From Balanoglossus misakiensis (Eukaryota; Animalia; Hemichordata): a stretch of DNA of 64,000 nucleotides. Each line of letters starts with the position of its first letter. Positions within the stretch are counted from its first letter, which is position 1. The stretch is from positions 12,336,286 through 12,400,285 of the forward strand of contig CM082581.2 of NCBI GenBank assembly GCA_040954595.2, given 5' to 3'. The notes beneath the pieces were generated by a model. The model had not been told where the DNA came from and ran no database searches. It worked only from the letters and a program-made list of their open reading frames with translations. Position numbers and translations under genes: made by a program. This document shows positions 13,001 through 26,000 of this stretch, piece by piece.

Positions 13001-15055
13001 AAGATCTTTAGTCCAAACAACACAAAATTCTACAGAGAAAGTCAAGGGAGATGGGTAAGTATATATATGGCCAATATTGGACAAGGTCATTCTAGCCTTT
13101 GACAATGGGGAGATTTGCCCCAGACAGGGTTCATATCAGGTCAAGGTACAGAAGGAAAGATGTATATTTTGGCTTTTTATATCAATATATTTTCATTGAT
13201 ATTACTTCATACGTTAAGTTCTAAAGTTCTCATAATAAACCAATCTCTCTTGTTTCAGCTGCGGAAATTTGATAGAGAGGCGCGATACTTTCTTGATAGG
13301 CTCTATGAATGTGACATTAATTTTCCTCCCAGGTAAGTCTCCTTCAAGTTCAGAGGTCAAAGGTATTGTGACTTGAATACCTAACAATCACATACATGTC
13401 TTTACCTGTATATACAGAATATGTTGAATCTCTTCTATGATAATGGATGACATAAAATATAATCTATGCTTGATTATTTCACATACCAAATACTTCTTTG
13501 TGTGTACGTTCTTCTTACATTCTCCTTTCATTTCAGCTATCCGTACAGTGAAGATTTGAACCAAGCGCATGAATACATGCCCACGAGATGCCCAGCGTGG
13601 TGTGATAGAATACTGATGTCACACAGTGCAAAAGAAATCATGCGCAAGGTATTAAGCGGCTGAACTATCAAACATTTGCTTTCAAAAGTCATTAAATGTC
13701 ACTTGGGTGAAATTAGGATTGATTTGTTATATCGCTATTTTTCAGGACACCCTTCATCCCCCACAGTACACTGTTATGGGAGAAGATATCTGTATGGGTG
13801 ATCATAAGGTAAGCAGGTTTTAATAATGCGGTGGGTTTGTTTAGAATAGTGTTTATTGTGTTGAAATGATGTCAGAATCGTTTACTCTGCTGGATACACT
13901 TCATTCAGTTGTGGTCAGAAGTTCCATGTGAAATGTTAACCCTTTCACCCCCATTTTCTCTGCATATAGATCTGTCCAGCTTACAGAACTATTGTGTCAA
14001 ACCAAATTGTGTCAGTCAGAGGGTTAAATCAGTCACTCCATGAGAATCTTAATTCTTTACTTTATACCCAGTCATCAAAATCTCTAATCACATAGTCTAA
14101 ATTTCTTCTTTTTCCTCCAGCCGATATATCTATCATTTCAATTAATTGGTGGTAAAGGTAAGTGAACCTTTTAGATTGTCTACATGTTTTCCTTTCAAAG
14201 GTTTATGATTTGTTTACAAAAACATCCGTATGTATGTTGCCATATTAAAACATAAAACACACAACAAACAGTAATTTCATGGGCCCTGGCATGACTGCCT
14301 AGTTTACATGTGGCTGTGATTCGAACGATGAAAAGTGGTTATCACCCAATATCACATGTGGTATTCACCAGCACTTACCCACAATACACCATTTTACCCA
14401 TAACACACCAGTGTTACCCATAAAACCATTGTCAATATATATTAATTCTCTGGCATGCATGCTGCATGTTTATCCCCCCATTTTTTGTTGTTTTTCCCTT
14501 TTTAGTTGGAGAGCCTGTTCCCAAACGTCAAAAGTCAGGTCCCAGTATTTAGTGTGTGACGTCAAAGGTAACATGTGCATGTATGTGTATTTATATGATT
14601 CAAGAGAAACACAAGCTTTTCTCTTCTTATCCCTTTCAGTCTTCCCATGTGTGCGCAATATGAAAACGTTGAATTTAATCGTCTTGACGATATCCTTCCA
14701 AACTGTGTTTGGAATATCCCTGCAATCTGATTAAAATCAGATGTAGCGTACCGCGACGTATTTTACATATGCGAACGCGGTATTCTTATATGCTGTCAGC
14801 ATAAGAATACCGCACCGCGTAAGTAAAAGACGTCGCCCTACCCTGCATCTGACTTTAATCAGATTGTTTCCCCTCCAACCTTCCAATGGATCAACTTTTT
14901 TGATGTTCTTTAATACGGAAACTACTCCCTAGTCTTATGCTGGTTTACTGTGGTAACCAAGGAAACTTTTCTGTGACTTCATAGGTGTATCATACTATGT
15001 ACCAAACAAGCATAATGGTCCGGCACCAATAGTCTTCCGTGAAACATCAGTGTAA
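7059..15055 (+). CDS. INPP5A: Type I inositol-1,4,5-trisphosphate 5-phosphatase, 5'-partial, 13 exons in window
   Basis: Phase-consistent GT-AG exons: 7059-7122, 7297-7403, 7607-7659, 7745-7808, 8971-9026, 11393-11477, 12304-12393, 12980-13054, 13259-13332, 13537-13648, 13746-13808, 14121-14157, 14985-15055 (stop). The translation contains ALGCLYFIHESL, KWSRKGYLRTRW, FDLVNIHLFHDASN, IFGDFNFRLD, FPPSYPYSE, TRCPAWCDRILMS and CMGDHKP, which are the 5-phosphatase catalytic motifs as found in INPP5A. N-terminal exons were not found in 1-7058 and presumably lie upstream. The choice of last exon is less certain. Confidence 0.95.
12759..12851. mobile_element. Short TTAA-flanked MITE (piggyBac-like termini), copy A
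   Basis: TTAA-CCCATTCACC...GGTGAAAGGG-TTAA: terminal inverted repeats with TTAA on both sides. Confidence 0.7.
13936..14027. mobile_element. Short TTAA-flanked MITE, copy B (diverged, opposite orientation to A)
   Basis: TTAA-CCCTTTCACCCC...AGAGGG-TTAA. Aligns by eye to the reverse complement of 12759-12851 and has nearly the same length. Confidence 0.6.
14506..14552 (+). CDS. INPP5A: Candidate alternative terminal coding exon of INPP5A (VGEPVPKRQKSGPSI*)
   Basis: Long pyrimidine tract and AG at 14504-14505. It reads in phase 1 after exon 14121-14157 to a TAG stop; a donor AAG|GTAACA follows at 14568. Confidence 0.4.
14723..14866. repeat. 144-bp imperfect palindrome (fold-back element)
   Basis: Left arm CAATCTGATTAAAATCAGATGTAG...GCGGTATTCTTATATGCTG pairs with right arm CAGCATAAGAATACCGC...CTGCATCTGACTTTAATCAGATTG, with essentially no spacer. 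Confidence 0.9.
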
Positions 15056-18000
15056 GACCTTCTGGCAGGAGTGAAGAGTCTCCTGCAGTGATTTGTTCAC
15101 CTTTGACCTTTCACCTGTGATCTTTTCAACTTTGACCTGGACTTGTCCGGTGAAATTATGGAGATGCATTTGTGTGCAGTTGGTATTAATCTGAACACGA
15201 ATCTCACAACGTATAAGAGGGTGATTGCAGGCATCAATCGACCTACTGTAAAATCCAATCATTTTTAATCAGCTGTGTCTTTTAGTTCGATAGCAGCTAA
15301 CCTTGCAATCTGTGTGTGTCCGGAGTTTTCCACTATAATAATCATGTATAATCAATGATAAGGACCTTTTAACTGTCGGATTTAATAACCCCTATATTGT
15401 TTTCGAAATGGAATGATCCGAGTGTATTGAATAGTGGACCATTCCATGTTGTATTTAAAAGACGGGTAGAAAGAGGCTTTTTTTCCAGGTGGCAAACCAT
15501 CAGGAAAATACAGTTGATCTTCAATAATGCATGTGTATCACAAGCTGTGTGTATGTGCAGCTGTAAAGTACATTATTTTATTCTTTTCTTAAAATGTCAG
15601 CACACAAAGTATTTAATTACATGTACTCTTATTCGCATAGATTATTAGGCTTCCATTTTAAGCAATTACAGGTAGTTCTACAAAATGTCCAAGTATCTTT
15701 TCGCTAATTTTTAGGCTGCGTGTGCTGCAATAAACAACACCGTTTATTTTGCTTTGAATTTTTATTTGTGGTTTTAGTCTGGGAGGGAGTAGTTTTAGAA
15801 TTATTATTTGTGTGACATCGGGTTATGATAACTATTTTTAAAAACCTCTGTGCAAAAACTTTATGATAAAATTGCCGTGTTTTTTATGTGTTTGGGAGAG
15901 AAAATTGGCTGCATTTTCTTTGTTTTATTCATTAATAGCTTCTAACTAGAAAAAACTATACTACAGAATTTTACCACAGTATGAGAGAGATGTGTACAAA
16001 GTAAGAGAATTTATATGTAATCCTATTATATGTAACATAGAGAGTTTCTTTTACTCTCTTTTGTGAAGTCTTTGTCATGAAATCATGTTGATGATTGGTC
16101 AGACATCATGGTTATACTTGGAGTGATCATGCATTCAGGTCCTGAAGTTTGCAACTTGCAATTGGCATCACGTCAGATACCAATTGTTTTCCTGTTTGAG
16201 AACTCTGTGCATAATCTGCTTCACTTTCCCCCTCCCCCTCCCCCTCTCCCACCCTTTATGCCCCTGTCCCTTCCCTCTTTCTGCCACATTTATTCCGCAT
16301 ATCAGTTGCCACCCCCCCCCCCCCACTCCCTGCCGACATACCCTCTCTTCTTCTTGTCTTACCTTTCTCAAAATGTTCTCTGGATACAGAAAGCTTCTGT
16401 CCCTGGTACTGAGATGAAAGTAGATTTTTTTGCATTGTGTTATAAGTTTGTGACATAACAATAGTCCAAGATTATCTCGGTTATGATGTACAGCTAAAAT
16501 ATTGCAATAACTGAAAGGGTGATGTTTAGTTGCTCTATTTATTCAAATAGTATTTATTTAATGTTGCTAACATAATGTACGTATGTACCTCAGTGTTTAA
16601 TGTGTGTGTTTTAAAATAAAACCGACAAGCAGTTGGTGTTTTAGAGTATTTTAGTGAAAAAAAAATTCATATTGGTGCAATTGTCGTAGGAGTTGACGAA
16701 AATGGATATTTTGTTTTACAATTTACTTGGCTGAAATTGTCAATGTTGTGTTGATTTGTTGTGCATTTATGGTCATGACACTGCTTCACATGTGAATTTT
16801 GTTACTGCCCACAGAAAACTGAACTTTTACGTTGCTTTGGTGTTGCTGTTGTGTAAAATGTCCCATGTCCGTTGACACCTTGATTGTCATGTTTGATTGT
16901 TTGTGCATGTGTTCCTCGTCACTGCCAAATAAGGATAACCTTGTTCTAAGACTAATAATTCGATGTAGCCACTTCCCACAGTTTTTTTTCTGTGTTTTAA
17001 AGCACATCGAATTAATCTGCAATAGATCGACACTGTCCAGTCAGATTTTGTGGAATACTTCATACAAATAGTCTCTTCCTTGTTATATGGTAGTGTGGTT
17101 CTACTAAATGCTGCAACAATGTCTTTGCTGAGGAAACTAGTTTGGTTTTTGCTTTCTTTCGTTTTTTGTAAAGCTGTATGAACGAATTGTGAAAAACTAG
17201 GAACATGTGAGATTGTGTACATATAATATATGCCCCTCCCCTGTGTCATTTTGTCAAAGGTATATGTATTCCACCAAGCTGATCTTGTTATGAAATGTAT
17301 ACACATGTATTGTAGGCTGTTGTGTTTGTCAGACCTGTTACAATCTCAATAAGATTTTTCCTGTCAGTTAAAAATCATACACACCGTGCCCTTCAGTGTG
17401 ACTTGCCCTGAACAGCGAGAACAAAAGACGTCAGATTTTATCAGTCGCTTTTGAAAGTGCCATTTCTAATGTGTTTAGGTGTGAAACAGTAATTCGATTT
17501 CTTCATCTGAGCGAAATAACCGCAGAAATGTGTCACAAAGCCGCCGTCTCCCCCCCCCCCCCCATGTCGCTTTCAAGGTCCCATTTACCGCACCCAATGA
17601 GTGTATATGTATTGCTTTTATTGTGCGCCCTTCGTGATAATGTTTATAATAACATTTTAATATGTATTCATGTTACATTGAGGTGTATCACTAATTCTAT
17701 TGTAAAGCAAAACAATGAATTCACATTGAGTTGTTATTGTTTAATTCGTCTTTTATGAAGTAATGGTGAAATATTAGTTAGAGGGGGGTTGTAATCAGTT
17801 ATGATGATGGCGTTTTAATACCTCCCAATCTGATTTGAATTCTTAATTATATTGTATCGATTTTTTTCCCGGGCTATTAAAATGATAACATCCCACTTGG
17901 TATTGTTTCCCAGCTTTGTCCATTGGACAAACAGGGGATGCGGTTGATCGCTGCGTGCTTTAAGACCACATCAATTAAGTTTGTGGACAATTAATGCGAT

Positions 18001-21000
18001 TATTGAAATCGAAACTGGTATTGAACAAAAATGCAACGAAATGCCGCGGCGATTTTGGAACTCAACATGTATTTGGAACTCAAATTTAAATATCTTTAAA
18101 ATCGTTTCCTGTAACCTGTTCATGAAATTTGACGTCATTGATGATTATTAAGCTTAATTTGATCATTCTGGTAATGATTTTAATGGAAATATATGCAAAA
18201 GCTTCAAAGGATGATTGACGCTGTCACGTTTTATTGGATGGCTGCATTATTTCATGAATCACGCGTAAAGTGCCATAATTTATGTAAATTGAAATTGAGA
18301 TGGTCCAGCGGACAAAATGGACTTATAGCCGAAAGAGAAATATGTGTTTTGAAAACTGGAAATTAGCCAAGCGGATAATCTACATCGTAAACTAGGATTC
18401 TGGGTGGAATTTGGTACAAGGTTTACGACAATGGCTGTCATTAATCGTGCGGTTGAAATGCATATCTCGTACGTGTCAACGAAAGAAAAAGAAATTTGCC
18501 TTGGAACGATAACTGTCTTTGACTCATGACTCAAAATTACCTCTAAATGACTCACAATATTTCTGCCCCTCAATTTAATTTTGACTCATTTTTATTGTGA
18601 ATGGGTATTGCGAATCAGATCCCGATAAGTCAAGTGGAAGATATCTGCAATAAAAAACAATGCAAGATCAATGGCATTATGTCGAACAAGTTGATGAATT
18701 TGTCATCTAATATCATCGGAGACGTGTGGCCTAATGACAACGGAAGTACTTCTTCATTTTGTTATTTCCGAGTTATACTTCTTTCTGGGGCAGACACACC
18801 AGATTCGAGTAGTCTTGCCAAATTTGGAAGATGTATAATATTCGATCCAAATTTTCAACGGTGTGACAAGTTCGGAATCCTCTGACAAGGGTGCATGCGC
18901 AGTTCACATCTGCCACCCCGATTTGAAGATTCTCTTCTGACAGTTGTAAATTAAATTTAGGTCACGCTTGGTTGTAAATTAGCACGCCACCTTGTGTCAC
19001 TAGTCTGTCTGTGGTTAATTGGACATATTTAAAACGGCTAATGAGAAGTCGAAGATCTAGCAAATATTTTATTGTGGTTTGCGACATTTCACACAAGATA
19101 CAAAGAGGAATGTATTACCCTAGGTATATACCCTGAAGCGATGGCAAATACGACGGAACCTTAATTTAAAACATTTTAATTTGGCAGCGATTGTCCACTA
19201 TCAGTATAACTTGAACTTTGACCTGTAGAGAGAATAATGCAACCGATAACAATTAGATCTCTAAGTAGTTATAAAACTCAATCCTGGGCTGCGACACAGG
19301 TGGAAAAGCAAATTAATTACACACACATTAAAATGGGATTAAGATTCCGTTTACAGAGCTAGCCTTGGAGCTCGACACGATCGTGAAATCTGTTTTTATT
19401 GCGTCTGATATCATCGAAGGCGTGTCCCATAATCCACAGCGTTATTTGATCAGAACATTGGGTGATATAGGTGTCGGGATGAAACCACTTTACACCGCTT
19501 TGCTGAAAACTGTCCCCAGTTAGATGTGAAGCGAAGGTGCCATTTTGATTCTGACGAACTTCTTTTTTTCTGGGCTGCTGGTCGACAACTTGGTACTACT
19601 TTTGTTTCCGATAAAGCGGTCGTGTTTCGGTATATCGAATGACACGTCTCTCCATTCTTTCGAAACACTATAACAAAATAACGTGGCTACCAACATGTAA
19701 ACACCTCGAAGTGTTCGACTTTTTACAGTAAATCAACGTGTATTTTATGCGATTCCAACCCCGACTACATCACCGATTTTCGTGGTGAGGAAGCCATAGC
19801 ATAAAATCACTCCGCCAAATCCCCACTCCAGAGCAGTGCGTTCGAATGATAGACATCCAAACCGAACGTCTGCGATTTGTAGAAAAATGTTCGTGCATCC
19901 ATCGGTACCAGCCGCCTTAGTCTATGTGTATAACTCCCCCCCCCACGCAAATGCGAAAAAAATATCGAACGATTGTCCCACTGTCTGTGAGTGAAAAATG
20001 AATTAACTACCGTCCCGCCATCAGCTGTGAGTAAACTGTATTGTACCGTAACGTTTCAGTCTTACGGAACGGGAAATCACTAGTTTTGGTCGATGGTTTG
20101 AACTAAAACCGATCGGAAACAACGCATTAAAGCTCCCCCAATGCTGTTTAATTTTTGATATTGCATAGGTCGATTAGACCATATAGCGTCTTCATTTTTT
20201 TAAAAACAAAAACCATTATTTATCGTAACTCGAAATTCCGGAAGTGGCTATTGCGGGTTTTTAGCTCAATCTAGAGTAGGTAGCGCTTTTACATTTTCTG
20301 ATTGATTTCGTTGATTGGGGTTAAAGGAGATTCAATTTATATCTCCTCGAAACGTTAAGAAATAAACCGTAAACAGAAATATAGAAACAAAGCCACATTC
20401 TGCCCTATGGAATATTAAAATATTTCAATTAACTATTAATTATTGCAATAATATTGTGCTCTGTTGCATTATCCATATTCTCACTATTTTTTAAAAACTC
20501 GAGACTAATTGTGCTTCTATTATTTCACCAGACATAAACTGCTGGTTAGCGAAAGAGACATGTGGATGAAATAAACAGGCACATGAATAATATATATACA
20601 TGAAGTGCACGAAAATTACAGTTTGAAACATATAAAACACAAATGTGGATCAGCCCCCATTCAGGGAAATAGTTATATTACCGATCTCAATTTCCCATTT
20701 AAGTCGAGCAATAACGAAGGTATTTCCAGAAAGGCCAGCAGAAGATGAAATGGATTCCATTCAATATTATATGTAATCTAGGCACTCCCAGCCTTGGCTG
20801 CAACTCGCCATGTCATCAATCAAAGATTTCACTGGGTCCGTTTTTTTTATGCTGGGGGCCATTTCACTTGACGGTCACGTCACTGACGTGTCCATTTCAT
20901 CTAAATTTCGTTAACAGCTGCGCAGACAGATTTGTACACTAATCTTGCTTTAACGGAAATCCTCCGCACACAGGAATTTATGCTCCCATCCAATTTCCCT

Positions 21001-22938
21001 ATTAGTCCACTAAATGGTAGCTTCTCCTTACTGCGAATCAAATCTCTTAAGTACTGGTAATTTAAAGACTCTATCCACCTTAATTAGATTATTAGTGAAA
21101 GGAATAGCTGGCATTGTCGTCGATTTCAACTTACTTAATGTGACTTTTAATTTGAAATTGGATTGATAATGCGAGATCTCGGCAAGTAAGAGCAAGACGC
21201 GTGATATCTCATAAAAAAGCGCGCCGACCAATCCTGTCGTTGACGTCATGGCAACGTTTGGGGCGCGCAACAATCCTTTGCAGATGAGCGTTCCGAAACA
21301 ACCGACTTGTAAATTATCATGTCGACCATTAATTTTAACTGATAGTGTTTTGTCATAGCCGCTGAAAAGGTTTCAAAATCTAACCACGCATTTTTATAAA
21401 TGCTTGGAACTACCACAAACGTGGTTGATCTTGGCGCCTGATATAAGGCCTAGACTTTATCATTTCAATGATTTTAATATTTTGTTTCTTCCAACACCGT
21501 GACTGTATCATTTTGAACTTAAGCGTGGATAGAAAGCTGTAATTCTCCAGTACAAAAGTTCGTATGATGTAGAAAGTCGAAGGGAATGTCAGAAAATGTG
21601 CCCCCGTGCACACGAAGAACAAGTGCAGTGATTCACTCGTTATTTTCGGAAACAATGACATGATGTTGGTTTGGACATTGTCTGATATCAATCAACAATC
21701 AACGTATCATCTGATAACGTTCTTATAAGTATACCTCTCAAAGTTTTGGTCGTACGTCATTGAAAGAAATACTTTCAACAGTTCCCTTGGTAACTTGAGA
21801 AAGTTCTCTCAGACTGGTAAGACAGTTCTGAAAGTCAAAAATGTGACCAGATCATGCATCAACCTTGACGCATGTATAATTTGTTTGTCTTTGTTCATTT
21901 TATGTGGCCGTGTTAACGTCAACCACGGGTGCACATGGAACCTGTCAGTTGCTCGGCAACCTATGCATACGCTCGCCATCAATGGCACAACATGTTGCAC
22001 ACACCGGGCGTAGTTAACCTTTTCCCTTTGGAATGAACCCCCGCCCGCCCAACAAGTGTGTCGCCAAACAAAAACAAAGGCATAGATGCATAGATTCCAC
22101 ACATCGGCCGCAAAGGGGAACTATATACAGCTATTGCCCCCCCCCCCCCCCTCCACACATCTGACACCCACCCGGGTTATTTACGGCCCCTTGAAACGAT
22201 TACGAAAGATGACTTCGACAGTAAGTACACACGTCTTAACATCAACGATCAGCCGCCTGCTTTGATATCCTATATTTTTTCCAGGGAAGCCGTCTCCGCT
22301 CCACAGTCTGGTATACAGATGACACCAGAACATTACGTCATCCAACTCAGCAAAATCGACCGCTTGAACAGCATCTTTTTACGTAGACACAAATCACGAC
22401 AAAAGAATACATTGGAGATATAATAATATGCTTCTGTTTGACCCGGTCGGGTAATAGTGATAATGTCCACCCCAGGTTGCCACTATGCCATTCTTAAATC
22501 CTCTAATTTGTAGTTAAGCACACAAACTCAAGCACATCACTGGTGTGAACCAGGAGGCGATTACATCGGGGACATGGCAACACGGAAGTTGGAGATTTGA
22601 TATGATTTACGAAGCAGCGCTTCGGTGACTCGTACGTTGTGTAAAAGTTTGATTTTAAGAAGCTTATGGCTTACACGTCTGTGTGTACATTTCATTTTTT
22701 ATCGCCATCAACATGTGCGTGTACGTTTCTTGTTGGCTTTGTTCAAAGATCCATTACATGTATTAAGGTACTTGAAGAGAAAACGACAGAGTGGCAAACG
22801 TCACAGGATGACGCCACACAAAGAACTCGTCGACACATCACCATGGTATCGTGTTTACCTGTGCCATCCAGTCATTCCTTGCTTCATAAAACATTTAAAG
22901 TCCGACCACAGGCGCCTGCTATGCTTTTAGTTCAACGG

Positions 22939-23066
22939 CCACCTTTGAATTTGCATGTTATCTGGAAGACTTTGTTGAATGAATTGTCTTCTTTAAACCG
23001 AGCCACCTTTGAATTTGCATGTTATCTGGAAGACTTTGTTGAATGAATTGTCTTCTTTAAACCGAG
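22939..23066. repeat. Perfect 64-bp direct tandem duplication
   Basis: CCACCTTTGAATTTGCATGTTATCTGGAAGACTTTGTTGAATGAATTGTCTTCTTTAAACCGAG twice, head to tail. Confidence 0.95.
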
Positions 23067-26000
23067 ACGTACCATGTCACGAGGATGCCTATGGACACCT
23101 AAAGCCAGCTGATATTGCGTAAAGTATAATCCCTAAAAAGTCAGCGTCTCTGTTTCATAGACAGAATTTATTAACTTCATCAATCATTTAGATATCGTCC
23201 AATTCAAATCTGATAACTATCCCCTCAAATATGACCGGCGCCTGTAGTGGCCCGACAAGAGAAAATGCCCGGCCTGGCACAGGATACAAACCAACACACA
23301 ATCATGTCCTCTTATATGCCATAATTTGGACGCCCGTCTGCGAGGTGGAAACTTATTGACGACCAAATCGTTGCATAGCGACGCCGCCGGCGCCGTGGCA
23401 TCTTGTCGATAAAAAATATGCAAATGAGGTTTAAGTTCATAACCTCGTCAACTCTTGCTTTCCCGGAATTACTGAACATTGCTCTGTTTTAATTGTGCGA
23501 TTTTAACTTTGGTGCAATGCCGGCCCTTCAGAGATAGCTAATTTAGAAACATTGGTGTTTTATCGCCACGTTGCTGAACACCGTAAAAGTCAAGTTAAAA
23601 GCTTCCGAAATCATGCATTATGCTTGTCTGTAATCTTCTATGGGAAGAGGGTGTGTAGGATAATTGTGTTTTGCAGACAATCGTGTCTACCTCAACGCAA
23701 CTACTAATTATTGTTCTTACAAAGCACCGATAGCTACATGGCTGCCCATGCCCATGCCCAGGTGGTTCCGCGAACCACAAGTCCGATCAACATCAAAGGT
23801 CACCAAAGCCGATGACCTTAACCAGTTTACAATGAAAGCACTCAGGATTCATTCCTCCCGCATCTGTGATGCTCTGTTTACCGAGTGTGCGCACAATTTA
23901 CCGGAAATAATAGTTGCGTCAAACGAGTGGATGACTAACATGCAATGCTAATCGTGAATGAGAATAACCTTTTGAACGCGGCTGCCTTTCGTCCCGCGTT
24001 GTTACCATATTTATTCGTTTCCTGTTAACTTTATTTGTGTGTATATGGCGAATTTTAGCTTCTTTAAATGATAATATTTGTGATCAATCGCATGCGTCTA
24101 ATTGTACTGAGCCATGCCCCGGGAAAAAGAAAAATTGTCTTCGCGCTTGACTTGCCGTCTTAAGTGCAAAAAAATCCGATGGAGCAGGCATCTTTCCACC
24201 ACATCCTTTTTTACTTAGGGGCGTAGGGGCGTGTTTCACAACCATTGAGCCATGTTGGAGGCAATCACCCGCCGACGCTTGCAAGGTGCGGTAGGGGTTT
24301 GCTTATTATCCCCGGCGCCAATATGCTTTCTTAAAATCTCGTTTGGCGATGGGCAACGGATAAAAAAACCAGCGCAACGCCAACCGATATCAATTCATCA
24401 CTTACGGCGCGTATCGTGGCAACGTGCGTCAAGCTTTTGTGACAAAGAAGATGCGTCCCGCGATAAAGGTGTCTGTCTGTCATGACTTTCTTTGAGGAAC
24501 GACCAATATCTCCCGGAATACCTGGCAGCCGTACCGGCGACATCCGGGTACTCTCCCAGGTTGGTCAAGTCCTGTCTATGGTCAAGTGCACTAGCGACGC
24601 CAACAAACGGATAAAGAGACGTTAATGAGTGTTTGCCAAAGTCATATTGCAGAGGGAAAATATTTTTTATTTGTTCACTCTAACAACAACTGCTATAACT
24701 TGTCTCTGTCAATGACACTTCTTACAATCATTTTCCCTGCCCACGCATACCGCAAAAGTCTCTCGGGTATATATGCTTTGTGTTGACCTGTCTTTCCAGC
24801 AAGCTAATCGTCCAATCTGAGTTTTAAATAAAACGGGCGAAACCGTGGCACTGTAAGCCCGAGCTGATTTACAGTTATTTCAAATGAAGGAATGCACCAT
24901 TTGCAGGCAAGAAATAATCCTTAAATGTTCAATTATCATTTTTGTCGTATATTTGATATCTTTAAATTTGGATGTGTTCCTTGCCGTATCAGATACCTAT
25001 TGTGGTGTGCGCACGGTGCACAAAAAGATTTTTTTTTCTCTGAAATGTTTCCACGACAGAATAAAATTCATGACTACAGATGAAACAATACGTTTGGTAC
25101 ACGTGCAGATTTGCCGTTAAAATATAAACTGTAACCGCGGCGTGGATCCCGAGTACTTGATTCAAGTCGCGTGCTGTTTTTGTTTTCCGGTCGCATTAAA
25201 TTCGAATTTACAACATCAAACCCTGCGATCGGCGTCGAGGCATTAAACGCTTGTAATCTGTGCCAAACCCACGAAAAAGAACCGCTTCGGGAGACTTTTC
25301 AGTCTCAGCCCGTCCATGGGACGCTCCGTACAGAGTGCAAGTTGCTATTTACGATGAATCAGCTCTAAGTTTTGCCGAAGAACAAGAAAACAGATATTGG
25401 AAGCGATTGGAACCACTTAAGTCGCCCTGATTGTGAGGTGGACACTTCTGTTGTAACCTTGAGCCTGTCTGTAGGCAACTTATGTCTTTGTTGGCACCCG
25501 GAGGTTCTTTGTTTTAATCCCACTCGGTTTCTATATATGTTACTACATTTGAAGTGCAGTGTGTATGAATGGATGTGGTCAAGGCCGTTGAAACTGGGGG
25601 AGGGGTGCTTGCCAGGAGAGAGGGGGAGATTGACGAGCAAGTTGGAGGGAGGGGGAGTGGGGAGGGTAAGTTGACTCAAACCACGATATGCGCATACGTG
25701 CCTCAACAGAATATTATACTCAACAAAGTTATGCAACATGTTGCATGGCCTTAGCTACGATTTCTTTTACAAAAACGTAATAATAATATATGATTATACA
25801 ATTCCTTTGAGCAAGTGTGCCACATATTCTTGTATTTTCGCAAAACATTTTTACGAATGGGACGATTTCTTCCGAATTCAAAATCCTTCCCCATCCTCCC
25901 ATAGGCCAACGCGTAAAAACGATTAACGGTGCCAACTTTGAGTTGCCATGGTTTCATAGCGGCTTCAACGAATGTAATGGGCGGAGCGTGACTTCACAGA

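Noticed and set aside
14690-14697. ATATCCTT in the last INPP5A intron as a second U12 5' splice site
   Set aside because: No TCCTTAAC-like branch site near a downstream acceptor; the same 8-mer also occurs in intergenic DNA at ~26921.
16228-16330. Proline-rich ORFs from C-runs in the INPP5A 3' region
   Set aside because: Low-complexity poly-C tracts; similar runs occur at several non-coding sites in the window.
16832-16860. LWCCCCVK reading as the missing INPP5A CAAX exon
   Set aside because: No suitable acceptor, and no stop four residues after a cysteine; it lies in TG-rich probable 3' UTR.
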